From: Antedon mediterranea
Taxonomy: Eukaryota > Animalia > Echinodermata
NCBI RefSeq assembly: GCF_964355755.1
Contig: NC_092671.1
Location: 1,550,001 to 1,614,000, forward strand
DNA: 64,000 bases
Direction of reading: 5' to 3'
Shown here: positions 12,139-26,825 of the stretch, piece after piece
Numbering within the stretch: position 1 is the stretch's first letter
Layout: every line of letters begins with the position of its first letter
Notes under the pieces: generated by a model
Told to the model about the DNA's origin: nothing
The model's input: only the letters and a program-made list of their open reading frames with translations
Databases searched by the model: none
Position numbers and translations under genes: made by a program

Positions 12139-15100
12139 ATCTATATACTAAATTAAATTTATAAATAAAAAAACATAAATACCTATACTTTGCAATGTCT
12201 GGTTTATCTATCATAATGTTTATTTAATAATAAATATTGTTTTCTTATTTTTATGAATCTATAAAAATAATCTATCACACACTTATATTCAAATTGTATA
12301 TCATTTTACACAAGAATATCCGGTCTCTCTAGCACACACTAAAATTTAAAAACAAAATTGTAAACATTATTGTCATTGATTATTCAATGTCGATAACATA
12401 ATGTTGGCATTGAAAGGGATGAGAATAGATCTCTTGTCCTTCAACAAACCTTGGTCAAGTTGGTCTGTAATTGAGAAGTACCAGCTTTATGCTAATTTCA
12501 ACAATTAACCTTTGAAATAAAAAAAAATAAAAATGATATCACATGATTCTAGAACAGGATTCTACTAATTGCTCATAATGTTAGTTTAATACAGTATTAT
12601 ACCACTGTCTTTATTATTTGATGTCCATAATATTTGATGTCATTATTACTCGATGCCATTATTGTTTGAACAGTCTAGTTCAATACAGTATACCACTGTC
12701 TCTTATTCGATGTCTATTATTCGTTGGCCATATTATTTGATGTCCATATTGTCCGTGGTCTATATTGACTGTCTACATCATCATTATTCATTTCACTGTT
12801 TGCATAGATTTGCATTTGTTGCTATTAAATCAACATCTTTGTAATGCAGATATTAAGATTCTCAATGACATAGATTAATTTTTGTTGTATTCTTCAAATG
12901 TATACATTGAGATTGTAGTTTGTATTGTATTGATAAAGCTTAATTCATGCCATTCATATCACACAACACTCTCAAAGGAGATCATCCTTCACTATACAGT
13001 GAGATAATCATTTCAATTTTACATATTATTACTAAAAATGTGAATGTACTGTAACTTGATAGTGAATTTGAATTCAAGTTATGCAAAATATTGCATGTAT
13101 ACAATTATAATCGGAAGAACTACAGTAGAAGATACTGTATTCAATTCTTGAAAAAACAACATATTGAGCAGCATTCTACATCAGCAGCTCGTTGATCATT
13201 TTTTCGTAGAAGTAGTTGATCATTTTTTAGAACAAGTGTTTGCATTGTATTGTATATATTATATATTGTATAAACTTTAAAAAATTAAGTATACTCAATC
13301 CTACTTTTTAACAGAAGTCCTTAAAACGGCCTCTTGGTTACAAACCTAATCGTTAGATAAATCGGTAATAAGCTTTTTAAACAGCCAAGTCGTTTACGAA
13401 CAGCGGAAGGAACAGACACCAATTATTGTCCTCTTAAAATGTAATGTAAGTTTTCATAGTAAACACCCCAGTCATTAATATTTAGCTTGATTGTAGTAGT
13501 TATCCTACTTTAAAACGTAACTATTAACAGACATTATAATACTAGTCACATGCATGCTATTAACACATATGGCAGACGATTGCTGCATCAGACCTTATAA
13601 GGTTATTCTAATATTGTTTATATTACTGGATTTACATAAATTAGTGGATATTCAATTCAATCCCAGTTCAATTACAGTACCAGTATCCTCAGTCAGCTTA
13701 AATATATCATATAATATTTTTTTTATTTACTGTAGGTAGTTCTATATTGCATCCAACAAAGGACCACTTATAGGGTTTTAGTGGTCCTTAGCAACCATGA
13801 CATTATAATTTCTTTAGTACAGAATGTCACTAATGACTAATAAAATTCCACAGTTGTAAATTGTGTACTAAGGTATAAATTGTAAGCATTTTTCACCCTC
13901 AAGCGTCTGTTGGTATTTGTTTTCTTTACTTTAGAGCTGACCATTACTTATTTATTAGAAAGATATTACATAGTCAATCAGAGTTTGATAGTTTTAAACT
14001 GTGTGGGAAGAACGATTTATATGTGCTGACCTAACCCAGGAAAGGAAACTGTGTTTATCAATGATTTATCAGTGTGTTATCCAAGAAGTATAGAATGTAC
14101 AAGCTTTTAAGAAGGAGGAATTCCCAAACCGTGGGTGATGGACCACTTGCGTTATTCTATCACCCATCAAACTTGTGTAATGGTATCTCAAAAGCCGCTT
14201 AAACACAACATGATAGATAATAAACTTGTTGTCCCAAGCTGGGTTTCGGGTCAATTCTAGGGTGTCTCCTGGCTTTTTTCGTGGTGGGATCAAGCGGAGT
14301 TTGTTATGGTTAAGTGATCTCAATGATGTGCTAAGATGAGTATTGCCTCTGGATTGCATTTTAGTGGCCCCTGGATCTATTTTATCGGTACCTGGATCAA
14401 GGTGGTGAAAGTTATAGCTACCTGATTTCTACTCACTCTGGGGTGTTGTGGGAAAGTGAAATGCTTCACCTGGGAAAATAATAATAAAACTAACACATAG
14501 AACAGCCTGGCAAATTCTTGTACACATCATGTTTCCTAGCAACGCAAAACAACACACTTGATGACAGATGCCATAAAAAATGTTGTGGGAAACAAGCCAA
14601 AATTTCTAGAATAGATTTCTTTACTACAGTAGTACTAGAACTTATTTTTGTTTCATACTTCCTATCTTTCTGTAAAACATACAGGTCTGTAGCCACCAGT
14701 AGATGTTTCAATCTGACCACTTTTTTGCAGAGGTATTTGACAACCTTGTGACCTGCACAGAGATTGTTCCCTCTTTTCTTACAATCACCACACCACTTTA
14801 TTTCTCATGGCTACATCACAGTATACTACTGTAATACAGTAGTTTCAGCACTGTAAATGATTTTTTTTGTATAAACCTAATCAACAAATTCCCAACATTC
14901 CTGGACATCATTACTCATCTGTTGGTCTGATCAGCCTTCTTTACTAATGAACATTAAAGATAATCATTAAAGGCTAAACACTTGAATTGAACCCAATACA
15001 AATTGTCAACGCTATACCTAAAAGAATGCATTTATCAAGTAGGCCTTGCTGATAATAAGACCACTTGTGTGAATAAGTTCTCTTTTTGTTCAACGACATT

Positions 15101-18062
15101 TTGTAATGGTACTTTTTAGTATTCTATCTAAAAATTCCCAGCGCACAGTTTTATTGACCCTTTTGGAAATCTAGAGCAATTGCTTTACCCAAGCTTTTAT
15201 TATCCATTGGGAAAAGACATTAATCACTGGGAATGGATAAAGAAGAAGAGTTTATTATTGATACACAAATTTAAATCTATCTTGAAATTACACGATTTTT
15301 GTTGTGAGAATCGGCCATTAATTTAAAGATAAACATTTTGAAGATTTCACTGTTATTATAAAATCCCATCATGAAAAAATCTAATTCAAGGTAAATACAC
15401 ACAAAAACAGTTATGTTGTCAGAAACATTACATCAATGCAAATTACCCACTTCAAGGCTAAAATAATAGAAAAATCAAAACAATACCATTGACCTAGTTT
15501 TACACAAATTTTTAGGATTTTGAAATATGTGGAACTATTTGTGTAATAGTGGAATTACAAACTATGGCAGAATAGTGTCATTCTACAAATGATGAGCTCT
15601 GTATCAATGTGGCTAAATATTCCTCCTCTACCTAACTATGTTGCTTGACAAGCAACCTCCAAGTTTAACAAAACCATGTCTACAGTAATGTGAATTCTCC
15701 TTTGGTACCTGAATACATGATGTGAATTTTATGTTCACTTGCATGATGTCATATAATACCGTTTTGTATCAGCCCGTTTCAAATGCTGTTAAATAAAATC
15801 TTTCTCAACATCTAGGCCTGAAAAATATGATCTGCTTCGTATCGGTCTCCGTTATCACTTATAATATTTAAGAACCATAAAGGTTGGCTAACTATTAAGT
15901 ACATTGGTATCAGTTTTATCTTTGAAAGCTCTTGCTGTTTATACAATTTTAAAACTTCAATAGTTCAAAAATTTACATCGTTAGTTCTTTATTGAAATGT
16001 TGTAATTTAATCTGGTACCACCTGAGGGCTTTCACAAATGTTTTAGGTCTTGTTGAATACCACAAGCAGTAAAATGTATTATGTTACAATATCATAATGA
16101 AATATCAAAATCTAAACTCGATTTTTCTAGGTCTGTAATATTGAAACCAAAATGGCCGACTACTGTAGTAAAATATAATACTTTACCTGTGGCCATATTC
16201 AATATTCACACTTCTGTAGGCTAAGGTAAAATTCTACTAACTAAAAGTGAATATCACTTAAGTGAATATTTATTGAATTAAGTGAAAGTCTACTATATTT
16301 TAAGAGAAATATTTACTGTAAGTTGGTGAATACGGGTATACCGTAGGACTAGTCTATAGTAACCAGGATAGGTTACCTGTACACCTTTGTGATTTTGTCG
16401 GAAACCAGGAATAAAGGTCTCAAAATCTATGGAAAACCTGACAAGCTCTACAACTTATGTAAAATTGATCTGTTTTTTTTCATCTGTCGTCCAATTGTCT
16501 GCTAACCTACTGTACTATACAATTAGGCCGTTTAAAAAGCAATTTAATTAGAACTGTTCTTTGTTTTAAATCGTTAGTCCATCTGTTCTGGTTAGATGGA
16601 CTAAATAATACAAAGAACATTACAACAACCGCATTTCAATGTTGTTATTTTCTTTACGTATCAAAACAATACTTTTTAGGTCAGACTTGTGTACAGTAAT
16701 ATATCTTTTGCACTTGCATTTGTAAATCAAGTTTATTAGAAAAGATAGCAGTTCTACTGCACATCTCAAGGTAATGGTGCGCTGAAATGACTCTTAGCTT
16801 AGACTTGGTAATCTTTAGCACTAAATTCAAGATAGGTTTTTAAATTAATTGTGGCCAAAAAAGAAATTATTCAATTGAATTATAATTGAGTACAAAATAA
16901 AAATCGGATATTTTAATTTACGTATATTTTTAAATTGTATGTTAACTTCTTTTTCTAAATATTACCATAATAATGAATTTCACTGTAACGTTTATCAAGG
17001 CCTGTTTAACATGTCAGCAAGTACTGCTTAAGTGGCCTATTTAGCCACCAATTGTTTTTATTACACATTTAACATTCTTAAATGTCACATTTTGTTTGTA
17101 AAGTTGCCCCGGTAACCACAAACAAATTCAAAGCATGCCACTAAACATTATAGTCAGAAAAATGACAACATTTCTTATTTCATTATTAGACATTTTGATT
17201 GTTTAATTTGTTTTATATTAACGTTGTCACTAATTTCTAGGGCACGTCAAAACTTGTTTTGAGCACTTAAAAATATCCTGCCAGGTATATCGGCCACGAT
17301 ATTGACAAACCAGTCGGCTTCTAGATTTTAATATCTGCGTTAATTAAATTTACTGGCTAGATCAAACACTATCTATCGACCACGATAATTCACTGAACAT
17401 TTTGTCAATAAATAGTGTGTGTAGTTCAATTTGGTAGTCTATTACTGTATAGCTAAAAGGAAATCACTGTACTTTATGCAAATCTATTTCAACAATGTGA
17501 TATCGATTCAGGAGTTCACAATGCAATTAAGAACATTGATGAATACAGCATTGTAATACTACAGTATGAATGATAATAAATGATATAAAGTTTGTGGTAT
17601 ACCACTAACATGTAGTAGAAAAAGCAAACAATATAACTGTATTAATAACCAAATTCAAAACAAATAAGCAGTTTTTAGGATTCAAATTAATTGCCACTTA
17701 TGGCTATTTTTGATATTTTATCTTCAATTAAATATTTTGCTTTAGAAAAATAAAAATGTTTGTCTCAGAGTTCTTAGAAAACAAATCTTCTGAGTACTAT
17801 ATGACATAATACAATGATAGCATTGCCCCTAGAGTCTCACTGTACTGGTAACAGAACTAAGAATAGAATGGGGTCATGAACTTTGTAAAGTATCGTAAAC
17901 TACCTACCAGAACATAGAAACATGTTGTATTCATGTTAGTGTACACCCTCCCACTTAAACATGGCTATGATATGTGGATGGAAACAAATTTAACATTAAA
18001 CAATGAAACTAAACATATTATAATAAAAACTACAGTACTATATATAAAGTTAAAATATTCAC

Positions 18063-18648
18063 CTGTATGTGTGCGTTGGTGGGCTTTTAAATGTGAACTT
18101 TTAGTGTAAACTTTCCTACAACCATTAAAGGGACACTTATGAATGCGTCTCTTATCATCGTCTTGCGACGACTCAGTTTTCTTTGTAAAGTTACGAGTTT
18201 GTGAAATAGTCCTTCCGCCGCGTGAAGGCATTCGAAATCCAGGATTCAAGACGGCATTACCAGAATTCACCACATTTACAGTTAACGTAGTTACAGGAAC
18301 AGCTACTGGTAAAAGTGTTTTTCTAAGTTCTGGCGATGACGGCGGTGTTAAACTATTCTCCACTAAATTAAAGGTCTTGAATTCTGCTTTAAAAGGGTCG
18401 GAGGTTAATGAGGATGCTGAGGGTAAAGGTGAAAGTTCACCTGAACTATCCCATGAAATACTGCTGGAACTAGAGCTAAGACTAATTGTATCAAATTTGC
18501 TGTCATTTAATTCAGAATCTGAGCTACTTGCTGATTGGTCAATATCTGAACATCTCATTAAGAATCTATTCCATGGATTTTCTGGTTCTTTAACCTTTGG
18601 TGACCTACATGGTTCCGATTTCAAGTATCGTTCCATTTCCAAACAATT
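18063..18648 (-). CDS. Klf6/7: Klf6/7 coding exon 2 ([13 protein letters not shown], Ser-rich region, LTPPSSP, ZF1 ending HQRTHT-G)
   Basis: Lies within ORF 17965-18660. Acceptor ttctttcag, donor GTGAAT, 586 nt (phase 0 to phase 1). Contains the KLF6/7 motifs CLEMERYL and TPPSSPE, and the C2H2 finger [23 protein letters not shown]. Confidence 0.95.
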
Positions 18649-21600
18649 CTGAAAGAACAATTAAATTTAACATTCAATTATTTTGAAAATATACAAAAAA
18701 TAAATCATTCAAATAGTAGGCCTCAGTGTCTCCCACCTAACACTCAAACATTGTAAATGTCACCAGCATTGCTCATTGCAAACAAAATTATCATAAAAGA
18801 AACAATAGGCTGCTTTATGACAAACAAGTAAATTATAATTATATATGCATAGTTTAATAATTTGTGTATTAGTACAAGGTGAATACCAACCCAAACATTC
18901 CACCAAACACCATTTCGTTTCGTAACACAATATATCTTATTTGAATAGGGCGAAGATGACTAATGATAAGCACTTAAGTACACTGCAATTTAAATAAGAA
19001 ACCATGGTTTGTTTGCAATAAAAGTACAAACACCACTAAATAAATATTAACAGACTCTATTGATTGTTTACTTAATAGAAACTTAAGTTCCTACAAAATG
19101 TAAATGGTGCTGCTAATGTAGTGGTCTAAATATTCCTTGGATTTTTACAACACAATAAAATAACACTTGATGAGGTAACAATGTAGTAGGGACTATTAAA
19201 TATCATGAAATGTTCTATCTTCACATATTAATGTAACTCCCCAAGAATTGAGTCTTGGTTCAACCAAACTAATTAAACAATTTGAATACATTTAAGTTCA
19301 GGAAATAAGCAATCAAAACTAAAAGTGGGAGGAAACGAAATTAGCATCGACATGTGTAGGCCTACATTTCTACTAGGCGATATAAAGTCGGTAAAAAACA
19401 ATTTCTGTTTTTTCATTGTTAGCAACATTGAGCTGAAGATATAGGAATTGTTTCAACTATTCTAAATGAATATTAAAAAGGAAAAAAAAAATATTGAAAA
19501 GAATAAATGCATGTTGTTTGAATTAAATATAGTATCAATCAAGTTGTGGAATGAGGAAGTGTGATTATAAATCTCAAATTAGCTAAGTAAATTATTAAAG
19601 TTACTAGAAACGAAACAAAAACAATATAATTAAATACTTCCTGGACAAACTATATCATGACCTAATTCTATTCACAAGTCAATTTTTAAATAATTAGTTA
19701 TTAATAAAACCAGGGGAGTATTTCCCCTCTCGCAAGAAACATGCGTGAACAATAAAAGATCTTTAAATTAAAATGGGATATTTGTAACCCCACTTTAAAT
19801 ATAATATAAGTAAACAACAAACAACTTATTTTGTTTAGATCATTATTCATGTAGTATTAAATATTCTAAGAAGCAAATTATTATACCGCAAACTAAACTA
19901 TTTGGAAAATGAGAATTGAATTCAAAATTGAAAATCAATGGTGGATCTAGTCGGAGCACCACAGGTAAATGAAATTAGAAACTACTGTGTGGTAATGAAA
20001 TGTATACAATCACATTTCAATAAACTGCATATTGTCATTCTACTTCTATACTGCATCATTATAATATTATTATTAATTAGTTCTTTTTAATAATAATTTG
20101 AATATATAGGAGCTCGTAACCACTCACTGCGCTTTGTTAAAGACCATACTAAATATGCCACTCAATCTAAATAGAATTTTAATTGTAGTTCATCCAAAAT
20201 AATCAATCAATATTGCAGACCATGCCTATATAAGGAAGAAACCCAACATGAATCCCCAAAGATTTATTTTCTCGGTTTATTCATTACTGATTCCCGCGAG
20301 AATGTGCGTTCGTGATGCATGGGTGTACAGACGCGACAAAAATTGTAATCTAAAAGTAGACAAGATAAAGTCGTGCATGCAATAACGCTAAAGATCAATA
20401 TGGAGTTGACTCACTGCATACAGAGTCTGAACACTCAGGGACCATCTCAAAATCTCTCTTAAGGGACTCTCTTCTATTATAATTGTCAGAAGCAAACATC
20501 GTATCATTCTTTAATTAAAAAGTTCTGTGACGTCGTAAAAGTAACTAATCAATCTACGTTGCTTGATTATAATTTTTTATTTTGAAATATTAAAAGCAAA
20601 ATCAATTAATTCATGCATAATTAAGGAGATCATGATGAAATAACATTGTAAGGAAATAAATTTACTACACAGTACAATGTTCTTTTAATTTAATGTAATT
20701 TAAGGTGGTTTTAATAAAATTACTGTACTGTTTATTTGATTATACAATTATTTCAAAATCTGTAATACTGTACGCAAATATAAAATATGATATGTTTGCT
20801 CAAGATAATATACCCATGGTTCAGGAAGTTCCTTAATTTATCTCGTTTTTAAATGCTTTTAAATTGATTTTACACAATAAAACGAGTATGTAATGCGAGT
20901 ATAAGTAACGTGTTATCAGTAAAAAAATAAGGAAAACAAACCAATTTAAGTAGAATGATAAATAAACTGACATTTGGAACTCATTTGACGCAAGTTCAGA
21001 CAAAGACTTGTTCTAATTTATGTTTCTTTTAAAAAAAACCACCTTTTTTTTTTCCTTCTTTCTTTCTTTATTTCAATTCAATTCAAATAATCATTTAAAC
21101 ATACATAAATAATCATAGCACAAAACGAAAGAATGGAAAGGGGGAATTTAAACCATAATTGGTGAAGATACAGTATAGCAAAATGAACGTGTTTAAATTG
21201 TACCAAAACATATCCAGAAATAATTCTTCAAAAATACATGTTGCAGATCCAACCTACCGGTAATTGTTCTGTATACTTCTTTATGTCATTATAACCAACA
21301 TTTAACTAAAGTTATCAGTAAAAAAAATGAGGAACAAACTGTGACAAGATTTTTTTGTAATGAATCATTTTAGTCTATAGTTATGTACATTGTAGTATTA
21401 TTCCTTATACAGTCTTGGAACTGGATGTAAGTGTTTAACCAAGGGAAATGTAAACATAACGGTACACACCTTCATGTACTTATATTCATAAATTAGTACC
21501 GCTACGGTAGTATAGTAAATATCCATACTTTACTGTAGATGACATAATATATCAACATTCACAAACAAAATATATTCTAATTTTCAGTGCAGTTTCTTAA

Positions 21601-22374
21601 AAAGTTAAAAAGCTTTTTTAGAGAAATGTCAGAAAAAACATGAAGCCTGTACGTTAATCATGAAATGTTAATCAATAAAAATGACTTTGATTGGTTGCTT
21701 GATGCAAAGCTTACATTCTTACTGCTGATGATCAATTCACATATATTTATCCGTTATTAATTCTGTGTGTCTACAGGCCACCAACATATCAAGTTGTTGT
21801 GAAAGAAACATAATACATAAAACAAGAATACATGAAACATAATATATATTTTTTTTTTTAGTTTTTGAGTTTTAATTATTATTCCTTGCAAACATTATTG
21901 CAATAATCAATCTTGAGCGAAAGTTTTAATATAAAGCTTACCGTTATTACGCCTTTAAACTCAAGGGAAATCTTAATAATGAAGAGTGCTATGTTGTAAT
22001 CTGATCAAGGTACTGTAGGCTAGCTATGTTAATATCGATCTCAGTCTCAAGGGCAGTGGATTAACTGACATTTGGTTGACCCCTAAAGGAGCGTCTCATG
22101 CTTATATATACCAAATATGAACTTAATATTTGTAATTGCAAACATTTATATCAAATTCTTGTTTGCAAAAAGTCTTACATTACCCCTTTTTTCGTTTCTA
22201 GAATTATTTTATCGGATTCTTTGACAGGTTTACCTGGTAGTACAGTAAACTGTCAAAAGTGACAACCCTCAAATATATGAATCATATACAACCTAACAAG
22301 CACAAACATGCTGGTATTGTTAACCTATCATCAGCTGACTATGAATTTATAGATTTTATTAAGAAGCAGGCGAA

Positions 22375-23432
22375 AAATAATATACATGTATGTCCTGTCT
22401 CTACAGTATGTACAGTACTACTATACAGTATATACAGTATATACAGTTAAAAATGATATACTGTACATGTATGTCCTGTCTCTACAGTATTTACAGTACT
22501 ACTATACAGTATATACAGTATATACAGTTAAAAATAATATACATGTATGTCCTGTCTCTACAGTATGTACAGTACTACTATACAGTATATACAGTATATA
22601 CAGTATATACAGTTAAAAATGATATACTGTACATGTATGTCCTGTCTCTACAGTATGTACAGTACTACTATACAGTATATACAGTATATACAGTTAAAAA
22701 TGATATACTGTACATGTATGTCCTGTCTCTACAGTATTTACAGTACTACTATACAGTATATACAGTATATACAGTTAAAAATGATATACTGTACATGTAT
22801 GTCCTGTCTCTACAGTATTTACAGTACTACTATACAGTATATACAGTATATACAGTTAAAAATAATATACATGTATGTCCTGTCTCTACAGTATGTACAG
22901 TACTACTATACAGTATATACAGTATATACAGTTAAAAATGATATACTGTACATGTATGTCCTGTCTCTACAGTATGTACAGTACTACTATACAGTATATA
23001 CAGTATATACAGTTAAAAATGATATACTGTACATGTATGTCCTGTCTCTACAGTATTTACAGTACTACTATACAGTATATACAGTATATACAGTTAAAAA
23101 TAATATACATTTATGTCCTGTCTCTACAGTATGTACAGTACTACTATACAGTATATACAGTATATACAGTTAAAAATGATATACTGTACATGTATGTCCT
23201 GTCTCTACAGTATGTACAGTACTACTATACAGTATATACAGTATATACAGTTAAAAATGATATACTGTACATGTATGTCCTGTCTCTACAGTATGTACAG
23301 TACTACTATACAGTATATACAGTATATACAGTTAAAAATGATATACTGTACATGTATGTCCTGTCTCTACAGTATGTACAGTACTACTATACAGTATATA
23401 TACAGTATATACAGTTAAAAATGATATACATG
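22375..23432. repeat. 81-bp minisatellite, 13 units (76 and 90 bp variants), in Klf6/7 intron 1
   Basis: GTCCTGTCTC at 22392, 22473, 22549, 22639, 22720, 22801, 22877, 22958, 23039, 23115, 23196, 23277 and 23358. Built on a 9-bp TATACAGTA subunit. Confidence 0.97.
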
Positions 23433-23602
23433 CACAGCAGTATAATATACAGTACAATGTAATATAAATAAAGACATTATATACATGTACAGTATATATA
23501 GTTAAAAATAATATAGGGCCAGCTGGAAAATATATAAATAATATACTGTACATTAATACAGTTAAATACAGTAAAAATGAGTAAAAAGGTTCATCTGGAT
23601 CT

Positions 23603-23642
23603 CTTGAATCATAGAGATACTATAATATCTCTATGCTTGAAT
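23603..23642. mobile_element. 26-bp hairpin with 7-bp TSD CTTGAAT
   Basis: cttgaat CATAGAGATA CTATAA TATCTCTATG cttgaat. Confidence 0.8.
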
Positions 23643-26372
23643 ATAGTCTTCAGTAAAAATTGTTGAATAATGTTGAATAATTTGGTTGATGTTGAAATTA
23701 TGTATACATTCATACAAGTATAATGTTTACATTGCATTATATTATACAAAATACACAAGCATTTTCTTTATAAAAAGGAAAATTTTTTCCAGGGACTGAA
23801 AGTGAAATTGTTTGATACTACCCTGGATGGTGATATCCCACCTGTACCTATATTATGATTGTAACTAGCTTGACCCCAATAGTATTACCCTAGGCTTGTT
23901 TATATTACCCATGGGGTCCATCTCAATTTTGTAACAATAAACCTTCCAAATTGGTCAGTAAAAATTAATAAAAACACTACTACTACAGAATGTTAGGCCT
24001 TGAGAGAAATTGGTAGTAAAGTATCTAGGTCAAACCATCTAAACAAATTTCAACAATATAGAATATCATTTATTTATTGAATTACAACATTATGAAATTT
24101 GCTACTACTGTATTTAAAAAATTTGCAGCATTAAACAAATAAATGTGATTTTTTTTTTTACTAAAGTTGAAAATGCGACATATTTTCTATGCATATGCCA
24201 CAAAAGTGCCTGGCATACCAGAAATGAAATATGGACATTATCATCATTTATTAACACAATAATCCAAGTAAATTGTTCCATATTAAACCGATAATCCAGT
24301 GTCCGATGGTTTAATTTGCAATTTGTATGCCACACACAATTACAAATACAAATCTGCAGTTTTTTCCATATTGATTTTTATGCATCTGCTTGGATTAGTG
24401 CCAAAATGTGTTCATTCATCGATACTAGAATGAGGGAGGGAAAATGTGGATAAACAATCGAAAAACAATCAAAACCTTTGAGCTATCTTGTCTTTGTAAT
24501 CTGCTGTATATTGCATTAAAACTTATATTCAAGACTGAACAAAGTACATCACATAGTATGAATGCAGTACATATAGACTGTACAACACACATGTACTGTA
24601 CAGTTATCCAGGGTACAGTAGGCGGGAAGAATGTATTTGACCTTGGAAGACAAAAAATAAGAGATACCTACAGTAACAAGAAATATTTAAGAACTTATAA
24701 CAATATGCGAGCAAAGGAAATGGAAATTGCATGAGGAGGGTAACATTTATCAGAGTGTAAGTGATGACTGGATTGGAGAATTGAAATAAATAATGTGATG
24801 ATGAATTACCTTTGAGCATACAATGTGCTTTTAACACATACATGAGTACACATGCATCATCTTTTTAAATTAATCATTTACAGTACATCATCTAATGCTT
24901 CGTCTTAAGTTGCATTAGATGACTTAAAAGCCTTGGGAAGATAAGTCAATAAGAAACACTTGGTTTTCTAGCTACCCATGATACCAAACACTAATTCGCC
25001 CGTCACTCTGAATAATTCACTTCCACGCTAAAACCCAACAAGCTCAGCGTCATCTATTTACATATGAATTAAATTACCATAATTAAATTACCAATGGTTA
25101 ATATTGACACTAATATAACTATATGATGGGTTTTACAGATTTTCATATTTGTGTGATGAATACAAATTGTTGTAGTTCTTTAATTATGAATTTATAAACA
25201 GTAAACCTGGATATTAAATTGTATAACAAACAAGAACTGCACTAACAATTGGAATTTATTTAAATATAGTTTAGTTAGAGTACTTTAATTTTAATATGAG
25301 TAAGACAAAACAAAACCGTGGTGACAAAACTGCAACCGATTGTAGATTTCATTGTAGACTAACTTGAATTCACATTAAAATAACAACTGAAAACAACACA
25401 TACGGTAACATAAAGAGTAGATAAGAGATGATGTACTGTACGACGCCATTTTGAGGCCCGTGATACAGAGTATACAGTCTGCGTATGCTGTCTATTAGTA
25501 ATTATAAAGCCTTAAAATGAATGCGTACGACCCGGCAAACTCCATTAGTCAGTTGTGTTAATTCTACACTAGAGAATAATTAAGCATCTACTTTAAATTA
25601 CATTCGGACAATATTCCGTTATTATCACCTGCGAACGTAATTATACAAGTAAAAAACAACGACTACAAACACAGTTTCACACGCTTTAACTAGCTTCTCT
25701 CATCCAAGCTCAATAAAGAAAATGTCACCTTTATTTATAAAAAAAAAGAGCTGTATGCAAATGACGTATTTGATTGAATGATAACCTTTTCCCTAGAGTC
25801 TTGTATTTCATTATTCATAGAAAATACTAATAAAAAAAATTCTAGATCATATCTTATTGCTTCCAAATTGTTAAATTAATCTAAACTATCTTTTAAAAAT
25901 AAATTTTCAATTAACCTACTGTAGAAGAATATCATTTTACTATTTAGTATTCCAGCCTTCAGAATTCATCATGTAATAGTGTAATTTCTGTATGATGATA
26001 TTACCTCATGTTCCTACATTAAATTCGTAATTATCTAAGTACAGTAATAGTGTATAGAATAGAAGATCTATTCATAATTCATCATATTTTCATATTTCAT
26101 ATTATGAAGTTGTAGACTTTCAAATTTAATAAATAGAATTATATACCATCTCATAAATAAGTGTTAAATTTCCCATGTTTGAATCACTCCCAACAGGTTG
26201 TAGAATAAGTGAGAATTCCATACCCAGTATGTTGTAGGTCGGAGGTCATGATCAAGTTACATAGTACAGGAATGGAATGTGAAACTGACCCATTTACAGT
26301 GCTGCCACCAAGTTCAATAATAAACACCCACTCATAAAGTAAGTTAAGTTAGCATTGGTACTGAAAGAGGAA

Positions 26373-26620
26373 ATGTTTAACTATAGAGCATCAACCTTAT
26401 GGAATAATCTTCCTGTACATAATTATCCGTAAAAATTATGAGACATTTAGTCAAGTCGAATTAAAAAATTTTGTTTAACTTTTATAGATTGTACATAGTT
26501 TTATAGCTTTTACTTTTCTTGTATTGTTTCAAATCTGGACCTCTTGGGAGACCAGTACTTGTGTATTGAAAGAGCTATTCCAGAATAAAGAAAGATTTGT
26601 ATTTGTATTGTATTGTATTG
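26373..26620 (+). mobile_element. Decayed 3' end of a CR1/L2-type LINE
   Basis: Encodes FNYRASTLWNNLP (ORF2 C-terminal LWNxLP motif), then a ggacctcttgggagaccagt 3' motif, AATAAA and a (TATTG)n tail. Confidence 0.7.
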
Positions 26621-26825
26621 GAAAATATTGTCATTTCATGTATTATGAATTATTATGAATCCACTAAGTATGGAATATATACATCAGTAAAGTCTGAATA
26701 TGGTTTAACATTACTGAGTACAATACAAAAAGTAAATGCATTAATATTGTACTAATAATTTACGCAATGAAATACAGTCATCGAGGTACACCATTTTAGC
26801 CTTATTTAATGCTAAAGTTCTTTTA

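Noticed and set aside
16574-16604. Other short hairpins (16574-16604, about 7787-7846, 19711-19728, 42448-42463, 47485-47510)
   Set aside because: They have inverted arms but no matching 7-bp TSD, so they were not counted in the footprint family. They may be decayed MITEs or chance.
17965-18062. Hydrophobic tail ([21 protein letters not shown]...) if intron 2 is read through, suggesting a membrane-tethered KLF
   Set aside because: It lies beyond a canonical donor at a conserved intron position, and T-rich intron DNA readily yields hydrophobic codons. It would need transcript evidence.
18143-18652. 169-aa plus-strand ORF
   Set aside because: Antisense shadow of Klf6/7 exon 2 with no recognisable motif.
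22375-23432. Regular repeats that look superficially like a CRISPR array, and ORFs of 63-208 aa (22259-23553)
   Set aside because: The units are near-identical with no unique spacers, there are no cas genes, and it is a eukaryotic intron. The ORFs are translations of the repeat.
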